From an uncultured Gammaproteobacteria bacterium (lineage in GTDB: Bacteria; Patescibacteriota; Patescibacteriia; Magasanikbacterales; GWA2-37-8): a stretch of DNA of 64,000 nt. The translations under genes and the position numbers were made by a program. Position 1 is the stretch's first letter. Each line of letters begins with the position of its first letter. The notes under the pieces are model-generated. The model was not told the origin of the DNA. It saw nothing but the letters and a program-made list of their open reading frames with translations, and ran no database searches. This document shows, piece after piece, positions 37,094-46,817 of the stretch. The stretch spans positions 140,830 through 204,829 of the forward strand of contig CAZQUL010000001.1 in assembly GCA_964596525.1 (NCBI GenBank), given 5' to 3'.

Positions 37094-37603
37094 CTACCGG
37101 GGAACAGAAAAGGTCTTGCCGTTCATATGGCAGAGCCGGAATACCTCAGCTCGGGAACCGCCCAAGAGCAGGCAGCGGGTTTCACCATTGAGCTCCACGG
37201 TTTTTCCAAACCAGAGCGTTGTGGGCTGCGGCGACGTCTCGTGGGAACGACCACTGGCGCGGATATTGAGCGGCACCGGAAGATTCCCGCCCGCGACATT
37301 AACAAGCGTAAGGCACAAGTTGGTCCGGGGGTACTCAACGTTGAACGGCAGGGAAACCTTGATCTGCTGCTCACTAGCAGAGTTGATAAAGAGGTTTGCC
37401 AAACGGTCTCCATTGGCCATGACCTCGAACTCGTAGGTTCCGACGTTTCCGAGGTTTTGCATCGAGGCAACGACTTCCTGGAAATCTTCACAGTAATCGC
37501 CGTCGAGACCACTGCCTCCTCCGACCGGACCGCCGCAGCCGGTCATGGCAGCAAAGCCGATTGAGAGAGCGGTGGAGCACAGGGCGCTGATGTATCGCTT
37601 CAT
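37094..37603 (-). CDS. lipoprotein, hypothetical
   Basis: Start MKRYISALCSTALSIGFAAMTGC (lipobox) with an aggaga SD. ORF extends to 37663. Confidence 0.55.
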   Translation of the reverse strand: MKRYISALCSTALSIGFAAMTGCGGPVGGGSGLDGDYCEDFQEVVASMQNLGNVGTYEFEVMANGDRLANLFINSASEQQIKVSLPFNVEYPRTNLCLTLVNVAGGNLPVPLNIRASGRSHETSPQPTTLWFGKTVELNGETRCLLLGGSRAEVFRLCHMNGKTFSVPR

Positions 37604-37804
37604 CGGGTTTCTCCTGCGCAGGTTGCGCCGGATCAAGTTAGCAGAAACATGAATAAAAATCAAGGTTTTAAGCCGATAAAACCCACGACCTCATGTTAGA
37701 AGATTTCCAATACGTCCACCAACCAGAAACAACCCACCTCTTGACACACCGCCCGATTCGCGGTATTCTCCTTCGATTCTGAACCGAAACGAAAGGAGAC
37801 AGAC

Positions 37805-38449
37805 ATGATCGACGACCGAGTGTTCATTGCCTTGGACGTGGAAGCTGCCGGAGATTGCTTGGGACTATCGCCGACCATATCGATCGGCGCCTGCGTGGTG
37901 ACACGAGAGGATTTCGGGCCATTCGCCACGCACGAACAGTGGGGAAAAACCTTCTACACCGAGCTTAAAATAAAAGCCGACCCATGCGGCGTGGATAGCG
38001 AAGCAATGCGCGTGGGATGTTCTGAACTTAAATGCCTGGAGACGCTGCGTAAGCACCCCTTCTTTGATACGAGCAACGAAGCGTTCAATCCAACCCTCGT
38101 CATTAAAGTCCTGCAGGAGCTCGGCGAAGATCCGGCAGCCGCGCTGAAACGTTTCAACGCCTGGCTCGCCCGAGTAGCCGGCGGGCGCATGATCGTTGGC
38201 GTCACGGATGCGATGCCCTTCGACGCCGCGCATGTGGGATTGCTCTTCGGACTCCAGGGTTATCGCTCGCCCTTCGGATGGAAAGGGTATCACCTGCCTT
38301 CGATGTACGAAGGACACACCGGCAACCAAGCGTCGCGCATAAAGGAGCTCGTACCCGACACGCGCGAGAAGCCGCACCGAGCCGACCATGACGCGCACTA
38401 CCTGGCCCAGTTGACGCGCGAGCTGTTCTTCAACCGGCTCCACTGGTAA
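37805..38449 (+). CDS. DEDD-family 3'-5' exonuclease domain protein
   Basis: Exo I motif FIALDVEAAG, Exo III motif HRADHDAHY (DEDDh). aaggag RBS. Confidence 0.6.
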   Translation: MIDDRVFIALDVEAAGDCLGLSPTISIGACVVTREDFGPFATHEQWGKTFYTELKIKADPCGVDSEAMRVGCSELKCLETLRKHPFFDTSNEAFNPTLVIKVLQELGEDPAAALKRFNAWLARVAGGRMIVGVTDAMPFDAAHVGLLFGLQGYRSPFGWKGYHLPSMYEGHTGNQASRIKELVPDTREKPHRADHDAHYLAQLTRELFFNRLHW

Positions 38450-38536
38450 ACACATAATCCGTTGCTTTCGGGCAACGGATTTCGTATTAAAAAACAAGAG
38501 CGACTGCCGCGGCGGGCAGTCGGAATGGGTTGTTCG

Positions 38537-38767
38537 TTAGGCGTGGGCGCGCGCCCAGAGGGTACCGCCGCCTTCGATCGTGCGATCGAAGTTCTCGACG
38601 ATCATGGCGCGCTTGCCGTTCCGACCCTCGAGGCGCAGGAAGCCCTTGCGCTTCGTCTGCTGCACCTTGCGCAGCTTGATGGGCTTGGGCTCACCGGCCA
38701 AGAAAATCTTGGCATTGCCCTTCTTCGTGAACTGAACCGCGACCACGGAGCCAATCTTCGTTTCCAT
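38537..38767 (-). CDS. small basic hypothetical protein (76 aa)
   Basis: ORF with a gaggtg SD upstream of METKIGSV. GC-rich third positions. The opposite-strand ORF 38462..38842 was not favoured. Confidence 0.35.
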   Translation of the reverse strand: METKIGSVVAVQFTKKGNAKIFLAGEPKPIKLRKVQQTKRKGFLRLEGRNGKRAMIVENFDRTIEGGGTLWARAHA

Positions 38768-38899
38768 CGGACACCTCACAATGGTTGGGTAGCAAAACGA
38801 ACATCATACTATACCACAAAACAGAGCTTTTGTCAAGGTTAAAACGCGACAAAAAATGGCTTATATAAAACCAAAACCGACCATGTCTGGTCGGCAGCT

Positions 38900-40765
38900 T
38901 TAACAACCCGATGGGCGCAGGCTAAAACACGTCCCGCCGGAAGGGGCGTAGGCCTCAAAGCGATCGGGCGGTTCGCAGATAATGCCGGTCGTACCGTCAT
39001 CGCCCAGGGTAAAAACGTGGTTGGTGAAACCAAGGATATTGGTGTAGCGGAAACGATAGAGCGTACACCCGTTGCCATACGGCGTGTCCTTGGGCGCAGT
39101 GCCGCGGTTCGGCAGATAGCCGAGGGCCAGTGAGCAATCGTAGCCCAGGGCTAGCAGTGACCCATAGTCGCCATCCGCGGTCGATACGAGCACATGGTCG
39201 GTGCCTTTGCTGCACTGCACGACGAGACTCGAACTCGGAATCGCGTTCGTAGCAGCGACGAAGGCTGCGCGTTGGAAGGTATATCCGGCGCAGGCCGCGG
39301 GTGCAGTGCCGCTCGGTCCAAAACAGTAGCTGCTCGCCGGACTGACGAAGCGATTGATGGTGCGCCAGCACGATGGATCGTTGTCGACGAGGCCATCACC
39401 GTTGTCGTCGCGACCATTGCAGGTTTCGGGCATAGGTGGCGGGGCGGACATGTCGGGTGGGGGTGAGGAGGTCATGTCGGGCGGCGCAACGGGCGGATCT
39501 TGGCACCGACCATCTTTGCAGATAAATGCCCCAGGACAGGCGATGACGCTCGCAAAGCAGCCGGAAGCTGGGCAATCGACCAAGGTCTTGGCATCACGGC
39601 AGTACGACGCGGCACAGGCCTTAGATCGACACTTCCCATCATCACAACCACACGGACAGGAAACGACTTCGGAAGCACATCCGTCGGCGCTGCACGTTTG
39701 GCGCGTGGTGGGGTTGAGGCAGAAAGAAGAGGAAGGGGTACAACGATTAATCCCACATTCACCTTCTCCCTGACAACAGCCTGAACATGTCCCTGCCTTC
39801 ACCCATTGCAGACCATCAGGCCCGCATTCCTCGACGCTTTGAGTTCCGCCACAACGCTTTGAGCCGGGAGAGCAGATGCGCTGCGGGGCACGTTCGTTTA
39901 TCGGATCACACCATTCACGATACGCTGGCTTGGTACATCCAATAGTCGCCGTTGCTCCTGGAACTTTGACCGGTTCAGCGCAAACCGCCTTATCAGCTTC
40001 AAAGTTCTTCCAAGCCGGAACTTGTGCGCTAGCATCTTCGCACTCTCCACAAAACGCGAGGAGCCATTCCTTATCAGCCCACGGCTTCCATTTCTGAGAA
40101 AGTGCCGCACAAGCATCCAGGACACGTTCTGTATAAACATCTGCCGCTCGCAAGCAGCCATGACAAAACAAGGTACAGGCATGCCCGATAAGTTCAGCTT
40201 CCATAGTCGGACCGACAATTTTGTCGAGCCGAGTAAAACCGCGACCGAGACCGGTGTCAATTCCAACGGTTTGGACTTGATAACGGGCACTGGTGACCAA
40301 AGCAGGCACCGGAGCGGAGAGGTACTGTATTCTAAGGGGCGTCGAGAGGGCGCTAAAGAGGCATTCCGGGGAAGTATCGATGCCTAGAGTCCAGTTTTCA
40401 CATGGATCCAGAAAGTACGAATCCTGATAGTAGCAGGACTCGGACAGATCTGGACTCCGCGCGAACTGCAACTTGTTCTTAGGAAGATACTTCTCTTTCC
40501 CCGAACGTTCCATTTGAGGAAAAATGAGCTCCGCCTCAATTCCCAGAATCTCGCGCTCCCGTGTTGAACGGAAAAGCGGTTTTCGATTCCACAAGAGACG
40601 GGCGGCAGGATTCGCGCGCGAAACAGGAACCGTGACTTGAACTCCGTCAGGGACCCATTCAGTCAACGGAGGTAGCGGGGAATCGGCTTTCGAGGTCGCA
40701 ATGATCATGAGCGAACAAACGACCACGATCGAAAATATCTTGCGCGACTTTTTTACGGACGCCAT
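38900..40765 (-). CDS. secreted disulfide-rich protein with MopE-like putative metal-binding motif
   Basis: Signal peptide. More than 40 Cys in CxxC and CxnC repeats. ETCNGRDDNGDGLVDNDPSC resembles the putative metal-binding motif (CxGxDDDCDG). Pro-rich segment PPVAPPDMTSSPPPDMSAPPPMP. Confidence 0.6.
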   Translation of the reverse strand: MASVKKSRKIFSIVVVCSLMIIATSKADSPLPPLTEWVPDGVQVTVPVSRANPAARLLWNRKPLFRSTREREILGIEAELIFPQMERSGKEKYLPKNKLQFARSPDLSESCYYQDSYFLDPCENWTLGIDTSPECLFSALSTPLRIQYLSAPVPALVTSARYQVQTVGIDTGLGRGFTRLDKIVGPTMEAELIGHACTLFCHGCLRAADVYTERVLDACAALSQKWKPWADKEWLLAFCGECEDASAQVPAWKNFEADKAVCAEPVKVPGATATIGCTKPAYREWCDPINERAPQRICSPGSKRCGGTQSVEECGPDGLQWVKAGTCSGCCQGEGECGINRCTPSSSFCLNPTTRQTCSADGCASEVVSCPCGCDDGKCRSKACAASYCRDAKTLVDCPASGCFASVIACPGAFICKDGRCQDPPVAPPDMTSSPPPDMSAPPPMPETCNGRDDNGDGLVDNDPSCWRTINRFVSPASSYCFGPSGTAPAACAGYTFQRAAFVAATNAIPSSSLVVQCSKGTDHVLVSTADGDYGSLLALGYDCSLALGYLPNRGTAPKDTPYGNGCTLYRFRYTNILGFTNHVFTLGDDGTTGIICEPPDRFEAYAPSGGTCFSLRPSGC

Positions 40766-41475
40766 CTGCTTACCTCCTGGATACTCTGGTAGAACGGAAT
40801 ACCTTGCGGCTGACTTCCGGCTTCGATCTGAACGGAATATACTCGAGAATCATTTTGAATTCGAGCTAAATCCCGCACTGGACCACGGAGTGCGAGGCCG
40901 ACCACAACAAGAGAAGGACGTTCGAGCTCAAGAGCGTAATCCTTCTGCTCCCGCTCTAGCGCTCCTGGGCGACACATCTGATTACCCTCGGCACATAAGC
41001 GCTTCATCTCTTCGAACGAATCCTTACTAACCTGGATTTCTTGTTGATGGGCAGCTGCAAGCTCAGACAGCAGTTCGTCTTTGGCCGGCATTTCAGGATT
41101 GAAGTTGTAGAAACCTCCCCCGACTTCACCGGCGCGGGTATACCACGTAACGAAACTGGAGCTAGGGAAACTCTTGAACCAAGTGATCACTTCACGGGCC
41201 GGAATCTCACGCTTGAGAGCAATTTGAGCAACTACAACGCGCTCCGGATTGGCAGCACTCTGAACTTCCACGCCAGCGCGCAGCATGGCAAGCATATCAG
41301 CATGTGTTGTCGGCCAGTTATCGATGAATTTTTGCACTGCCCAATTCGGTGGGGCCGACTCCCCTGCCTTAAACCCATTACACCCGCTACCCCCGAGCGC
41401 GGCGAGTGTAAGAGTTGCAAAGAGTCCGAAAAGGAAGCGGCGTGATGGCGACATACGAGAAATGGGGTGAGGCAT
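40753..41475 (-). CDS. lipoprotein, hypothetical, translationally coupled to the Cys-rich protein gene
   Basis: Start MPHPISRMSPSRRFLFGLFATLTLAALGGSGC (lipobox) with a ggagga SD. 13-bp overlap with the downstream gene. Confidence 0.55.
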   Translation of the reverse strand: MPHPISRMSPSRRFLFGLFATLTLAALGGSGCNGFKAGESAPPNWAVQKFIDNWPTTHADMLAMLRAGVEVQSAANPERVVVAQIALKREIPAREVITWFKSFPSSSFVTWYTRAGEVGGGFYNFNPEMPAKDELLSELAAAHQQEIQVSKDSFEEMKRLCAEGNQMCRPGALEREQKDYALELERPSLVVVGLALRGPVRDLARIQNDSRVYSVQIEAGSQPQGIPFYQSIQEVSRWRP

Positions 41476-41661
41476 AATTCTTTCCTCCATCGTAGAAGGG
41501 TTGGTGAGTTGTGTAAAGAGCGTCATGCTCAAGAAGCAACAAAAAACTATCGACGCATGCGATAGCTCGTCCCCTCTTTGATGAGTAACCTACTCTGATT
41601 GAAAATGATGTAAAGAGTTTTGTGTGGATAAGAAACAAAAATTTTATCGAAATTTTATAAA

Positions 41662-44580
41662 TTAGAATAGTTTCTTCCGCAGCACCGCTCCGATGCCGAC
41701 AGCTGCTACGGCGGCGACCGAAAAAATGATGGTTTTCGGATACGAGGAACTCTTGCTTCTTGTCGATTGATTTAATGATGAAATCACCGAAGAACTGGAA
41801 TCAGTTTTTTCTATCACTTCAACATCGGCCACGCCGCGCGGCCAGAGCTCCACACCCTTCGTGCCGTTTTCAAGAACGCCGGTCACGATAAGTTCGCTTC
41901 CTTCGGCAAGCGTAGTGCTCGTAAGACCAGTGCCAGTTTTGATGGTAGCGAGAAGCTCGGCTGTACCGTCATCGAGATACCAACTCGTGCGTTTACGTTC
42001 GGTGAGTTCGGCACGAACGCTAATAAGCATGCCGAAGTGATCGAGTGACAAATCTTCAATTGCGAAGGAGTCGGTAGCAGCGAGTGAACGTGTGCCAACG
42101 CGGGTAATATCGGCGGCAGTTTTTATGAGAATACGCGGGCGGCTTTGCGCGATGGAGATGGTACCGCGAACACGCACTTCATCGCCAAGCTTTAACGCCG
42201 GAAACTGGCTTTTGCTTTGGAATAACGCGAGGCCACCACTCTCGTCACTCAGGTATGCAATTTGTTTACCAAAAATGCCGGGTACGCTGGTAATGACACC
42301 TTGCACATCAACCGGTGTACCAGATGGCAGAAGACGAATATCGGCAAGACGCGCACTCACGACGGTTTTAGATTTTGCAGCCGTTTTCGTCGTTGTTTTT
42401 TTGGTGGTGGCAGGTTTGGTGGTTTTTGTTTTTGATGTTGAGGTAGAGGAACTTGTTTTTTTAGTGGCGGATGGTTGTTCGAGGGCAACTTTGGTGATGA
42501 CGAAATCCCCGCTCGATTCGCTGAAGGGCGGTTGCGTTGGCATAGTCATCCATGCCGTCCCGTTCGTAGTGTAGGAAAAACCATTATTCAACCGAGGTAC
42601 GCTGACCGTACTCACGCGCTCACCAAAACGGTTATAGAGCTCGACGGTCGTAGCACTTTTTGGCACCTCAAGACCGGTTGCGGGTGCAAAGAATACGGCA
42701 GTCTCGCGCGGGGCAAGAATGGTTTTTTCTGGAATCGTGAACCGCGAACGTCCAAGTGCGAGCTGCCAACCGTCGAGGTCGATGGCGATCGAATCGTTGT
42801 TTATGATTTTTATAAACGACGGAAGAACACCTTCGCTCTCGGCCGCGACTTCCGTTACCATGACTAATCCTTGTTCGGCGGGAATTCCATCGGCCGCCGT
42901 GAACACGAACGGGAAGCTACCGACCGAACCGCGCGAGGTGGCGGCGCTCACGACTCCACGATATGTGCCCGCTACGATTGGCGTAAACGTGAGGCGCGAA
43001 CCTGTGCCAATAACAGCGTCGTCAATGATCCAGGTGAGTACGAGGCGTCCGCCGCGTTTGTCAAAGGTGCGCGAGGCATCGAAAGTTACCGCACGGTGTA
43101 CCGGAACATGTCGTGGCGCAAGTACATTCCAAATGACGCCAGATGATAGCGTGGTCGGCGCTGGTTTGTTCGGTGTTGCCGCGCCGCGCGCCCACGTAGT
43201 ATCGACAAGACGCTGCAGACTTTCGGTTCCTTCGGGGAGCGGATCAAGAATGAGCATGTCGGCTACGGAATCATCATCACGAAAAAGCCAGAGCGTGCCG
43301 CTGACAGACGTGGGGCCGAAAAGTTTGGTGGTGCGGTTATAGAACGTACGAAAAGCGCGACGCTCGATAACCCCGTCGAGCGCGTACACCGTGTTATTCA
43401 TGGCCAAACGCCAGCCGGAGAGACTGACTCGCTCATCGGTATGATTGTATAGCTCGATAAATCCGCTGTCAGTTACCAAAACCTCACTTAGATATAAAGG
43501 CGACGTTGATGTGGTGAAAAAAATATACCCCGGTTTTTTGAGACTGGTTTGACTGGTTATACCACCCGAAAAGCCGGAGCTGCCGCTTGAGGATGGTGGC
43601 GGAGCCGCCTCTTCTTCGTTTACAGGAGAGGTAACAATATTGCTTGAACCAAACGTGCGTGTCGTTGAAAGCACCCACGATCCGCCACCATCGACCGAGC
43701 GGACCAACACGTCGTTGCTCGATGGCACGAGCTCGTCGGCATATGTTAGTTCATCGATGACAGTTCCGGCAGGGTCCTTAAGGATCACTTTGTCACCGCC
43801 GTTGTTGAGCTTGCTGCCCGTGATAGTAACAACCGCGAATCCGCCGGGGGCGATCGTTCCTTCGAGCGTGGCGATGAGGCACGAGGTGGCACGATCATCG
43901 CAGAGCGTACCACCCGTAAGATCCATGGCGCTTGAACCAGTGTTAAAAAGCTCGACAAGCTCGGTACCGTCCGTTGGCGCCACAAGAATTTCGTTCAAAC
44001 GAAGCTTGCTCCAGTCGGCCGTACCCGGCGGATCATCAGGCGGAGGCGCGGTAGACCCACCGCTATTCGCAAATCCCACGCTACTGCCTGATGGGTGTAC
44101 GCCCCAGTTGGCAAGCGTATAATCAGCTGACGCGAAATTTTTCCGTTCAAGCGAGGTTTTCTGATGCGCGGGATACGTAAAGATCTCCGCCACCGCATTC
44201 GCGCTGTCGTAGAGGCCGATCTCTTCGCCATTTTCGCTTAGACTCGTCCACACGGAATCAAAAATCGGCACGGCCACTTCGGGATGATCAATAGCGAACT
44301 GCGCCGCGTCTTGGGCGATGACGGCATAGCTGCCCGGCGCGATTGTTGTACCGTGTCTAAAGGCCGTAAGAGCATGCTTCACACCTCCTTCCCAAAACTT
44401 CCATCCGCTCATATCAAACGAAATAGAGCCGGTATTATGCACCTCCACCCATTCATGCGTGCTGGTAGGATACGCACCGATTTCGCTCACGACAAGCGAT
44501 GAGGCAGCATGCGTTTGAATAGCATTAAAAAATAAAACGATACATGAAACAGCAAAAAGTAACCCTCCGTACCGAGTCAT
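41662..44580 (-). CDS. giant surface protein with four lamin-tail domains (LTD), a Thr/Lys-rich linker, a C-terminal OB-like domain and a C-terminal TM anchor
   Basis: Signal peptide. LTD signatures VVSEIGAYPTSTHEWVEVHNTGSISFDMSGWKF, LRLNEILVAPTDGTELVELFNTGSSAMDLTGGTL, LYLSEVLVTDSGFIELYNHTDERVSLSGWRL, VMVTEVAAESEGVLPSFIKIINNDSIAIDLDGWQL. Linker TKTKTTKPATTKKTTTKTAAKSK. Terminal IIFSVAAVAAVGIGAVLRKKLF. Confidence 0.8.
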   Translation of the reverse strand: MTRYGGLLFAVSCIVLFFNAIQTHAASSLVVSEIGAYPTSTHEWVEVHNTGSISFDMSGWKFWEGGVKHALTAFRHGTTIAPGSYAVIAQDAAQFAIDHPEVAVPIFDSVWTSLSENGEEIGLYDSANAVAEIFTYPAHQKTSLERKNFASADYTLANWGVHPSGSSVGFANSGGSTAPPPDDPPGTADWSKLRLNEILVAPTDGTELVELFNTGSSAMDLTGGTLCDDRATSCLIATLEGTIAPGGFAVVTITGSKLNNGGDKVILKDPAGTVIDELTYADELVPSSNDVLVRSVDGGGSWVLSTTRTFGSSNIVTSPVNEEEAAPPPSSSGSSGFSGGITSQTSLKKPGYIFFTTSTSPLYLSEVLVTDSGFIELYNHTDERVSLSGWRLAMNNTVYALDGVIERRAFRTFYNRTTKLFGPTSVSGTLWLFRDDDSVADMLILDPLPEGTESLQRLVDTTWARGAATPNKPAPTTLSSGVIWNVLAPRHVPVHRAVTFDASRTFDKRGGRLVLTWIIDDAVIGTGSRLTFTPIVAGTYRGVVSAATSRGSVGSFPFVFTAADGIPAEQGLVMVTEVAAESEGVLPSFIKIINNDSIAIDLDGWQLALGRSRFTIPEKTILAPRETAVFFAPATGLEVPKSATTVELYNRFGERVSTVSVPRLNNGFSYTTNGTAWMTMPTQPPFSESSGDFVITKVALEQPSATKKTSSSTSTSKTKTTKPATTKKTTTKTAAKSKTVVSARLADIRLLPSGTPVDVQGVITSVPGIFGKQIAYLSDESGGLALFQSKSQFPALKLGDEVRVRGTISIAQSRPRILIKTAADITRVGTRSLAATDSFAIEDLSLDHFGMLISVRAELTERKRTSWYLDDGTAELLATIKTGTGLTSTTLAEGSELIVTGVLENGTKGVELWPRGVADVEVIEKTDSSSSVISSLNQSTRSKSSSYPKTIIFSVAAVAAVGIGAVLRKKLF

Positions 44581-44775
44581 ATGAACTCCTTAGTTTTAAA
44601 ATTGCTCGACTGTAGCAAAGTTAAAATCGGAGCGCCAGGCTTTGGAGTGGATAAAAAACTCTAAAAAAACTAAAAGCGCGCAATTAAGAGAAGAAGAGAG
44701 AAAAATCACTATCGGAATATTATAAAGATTCTATATTTTCTTTATCCGAAAGTAGTCGCGGGTCTGAAACATAAT

Positions 44776-44921
44776 GTCATTACGAGAAAGGAGTCAAGCG
44801 ACTGACGAAGCAATCTCCTCGTTAGCAAAGCAAGCTTTTAAATACTGAGGGATTGCCCGCCCGGCACGCCTTCTGCTGCCATGGCGGACGGGCTTCGTCA
44901 CTACGTTCCTCGCAATGACAT
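44776..44921. repeat. nested palindromic intergenic repeat, copy A
   Basis: Outer arms gtcattacgag/ctcgcaatgac, inner arms gacgaagcaatc/gggattgc...cttcgtc. The right arm carries a ~35-bp CCATGG-centred palindromic insert. Related copies at 53521 and 57885. Confidence 0.7.
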
Positions 44922-44954
44922 TTTAGAGGCTTGCCAGGTACTACAAATACGATC

Positions 44955-45689
44955 TCACAACAACTCAAATAACAATCGAAATAATTTTTTCTGAAATTCC
45001 GCGAAGGTGGCGTTTTCTACCACCCATGCGGTCATGGAGTTGTAATCGACGAACGCGACTGTGTCGGCGTAAACGATCTGCGAAATGTTATACGTGAACA
45101 CATCGAAACGCGCCGGAACGTTTTTGATAAGACGACCAAGGCGTGGTTTTTTACGGCTAGCCGCCACTTCGTTAGTGATGATATAGCGATTCAGATCTCC
45201 GTCCGGACCGGTGCGCGTAAAATATTTCTGCGGCAAATACGAACGGTTCTGGCGATGATTTTTGTGCGACTCGTAGCGATAAAACGTTTCGCCTTTACCG
45301 AGGCGGTTCACCATGTCGGAAAAAACTTGGCGGATACCCTCGGGTCCGCTGTAGACGCGGATCGTCGGCTTGTCGCTGCCTTCGCGGTAGAGGGCAAGCA
45401 GTTCGGGTAAAAGCTCGGCACGCTCGCTCTTGGCACGTTCGGCCCGTTCTTCGAGGACATGCGGGGACTCGGCTGCATATACTGTGCGCTTGCCGCGGCG
45501 CGCCTCGCTCGCGAGTCCTTCGGCGGCGAGCGATGGCGCCAAACGGTATACTGCGGTACGCGAGAATGCAGTGTGCCGGGCGATTTCGGCAATGGTCTGT
45601 GGCCCGCGGGTAAGCAGCGTATAATATACCTGTGCCTGATCGAGCGAAAGACCGAGATGTTCAAAAAGATGGCGATAACGTTTATTCAT
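44955..45689 (-). CDS. TrmB-family transcriptional regulator
   Basis: N-terminal wHTH (LSLDQAQVYYTLLTRGPQTIAEIARHTAFSRTAVYRLAPSLAAEGL) and TrmB-like C-terminal domain. Confidence 0.65.
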   Translation of the reverse strand: MNKRYRHLFEHLGLSLDQAQVYYTLLTRGPQTIAEIARHTAFSRTAVYRLAPSLAAEGLASEARRGKRTVYAAESPHVLEERAERAKSERAELLPELLALYREGSDKPTIRVYSGPEGIRQVFSDMVNRLGKGETFYRYESHKNHRQNRSYLPQKYFTRTGPDGDLNRYIITNEVAASRKKPRLGRLIKNVPARFDVFTYNISQIVYADTVAFVDYNSMTAWVVENATFAEFQKKLFRLLFELL

Positions 45690-45937
45690 AATAATATAAA
45701 GACAACAGCCAACAGTGACCAGTCAAAAGGATTCAATTTCCTATTGACTGTTATCTACTCACTATTGTCTTATTAAAAGTATCTTTTTATAGATCATATT
45801 TCAAATAGCTATTATTATATAGAATAAGCTAAAATTATAGTACTGTGTATATGAAGTGTTTATTTTATATACATTTTAATCAGTTTGGATATTACTCCTG
45901 GTAGAGTGGAGACAGAACTTTTACCGGAGTACATCCC

Positions 45938-46774
45938 ATGAACCCACGTCCTATGCTTCCCCTGCATCTTTCACTCGTGCGCCACGGCGAATCCGAAGGC
46001 AACGTGTACGTCAAAGCCCGCGACGGCAAGCTACCCGAGGTCGGCCCCGTGCCACCGGAATTCTTGAAGCGTCACAGTACCAATTGGCGGCTCACTACCA
46101 AAGGCATTGCCCAAGTCAAAACGGTTGGTGAGTGGCTCAAAGCCGAGCACGGCGAGAATTTTTATACCCACTTCCGGGTTTCGGAAGCGCTCCGTGCCGT
46201 CGAGACCGCCGCCCATCTCGAACTGCCGAACGCGCAATGGATCATGGATTTTCGGCTCCGCGAGCGCGACCATGGCCTTATGGACGTGATGACGGTTGAA
46301 GACCGCACTACGACGTTCGCGCGCAATCTGGCACAACGCAAAATCAACTCGTTCTACTGGGCGCCGCATGACGGCGAGTCCATGGCCCGGCTCTGCGAAC
46401 GACTCCAGAGCGGCATTATCGACACGCTGCACCGCCGCGCAACGAACGACCGCGCTATTCTCGTCTGTCACGGAGAAGTGCTCTGGGGCATGCGTATCAT
46501 GCTTGAGCGCATCCCTGGCCACCGCTTCGTCGAACTCGACGCGGTGCATCACGGGCCGGACGAAATCTACAACGGCCAGGTCATCGAATATACCCGCATC
46601 AACCCGACAGACCAGAACGAAGTGCTCGAGTATTATGGCTGGACCCGTTCGGTGTGCCCATGGGATACGCGGCTCTCTACCAACGAATGGCGTCCCATCG
46701 TTCGCGAAACATTCTCGAACGAAGATCTCTTGGCCTTTGCCGAGAAGACGAAGCGCCTCGTCGATAGGAGCTAA
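45938..46774 (+). CDS. histidine phosphatase family protein
   Basis: LVRHGESEGN motif. Confidence 0.75.
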   Translation: MNPRPMLPLHLSLVRHGESEGNVYVKARDGKLPEVGPVPPEFLKRHSTNWRLTTKGIAQVKTVGEWLKAEHGENFYTHFRVSEALRAVETAAHLELPNAQWIMDFRLRERDHGLMDVMTVEDRTTTFARNLAQRKINSFYWAPHDGESMARLCERLQSGIIDTLHRRATNDRAILVCHGEVLWGMRIMLERIPGHRFVELDAVHHGPDEIYNGQVIEYTRINPTDQNEVLEYYGWTRSVCPWDTRLSTNEWRPIVRETFSNEDLLAFAEKTKRLVDRS

Positions 46775-46817
46775 ACCACAACCGCCCGGCTTACGCCAGG
46801 CGGTTTTCATTTTTCTT

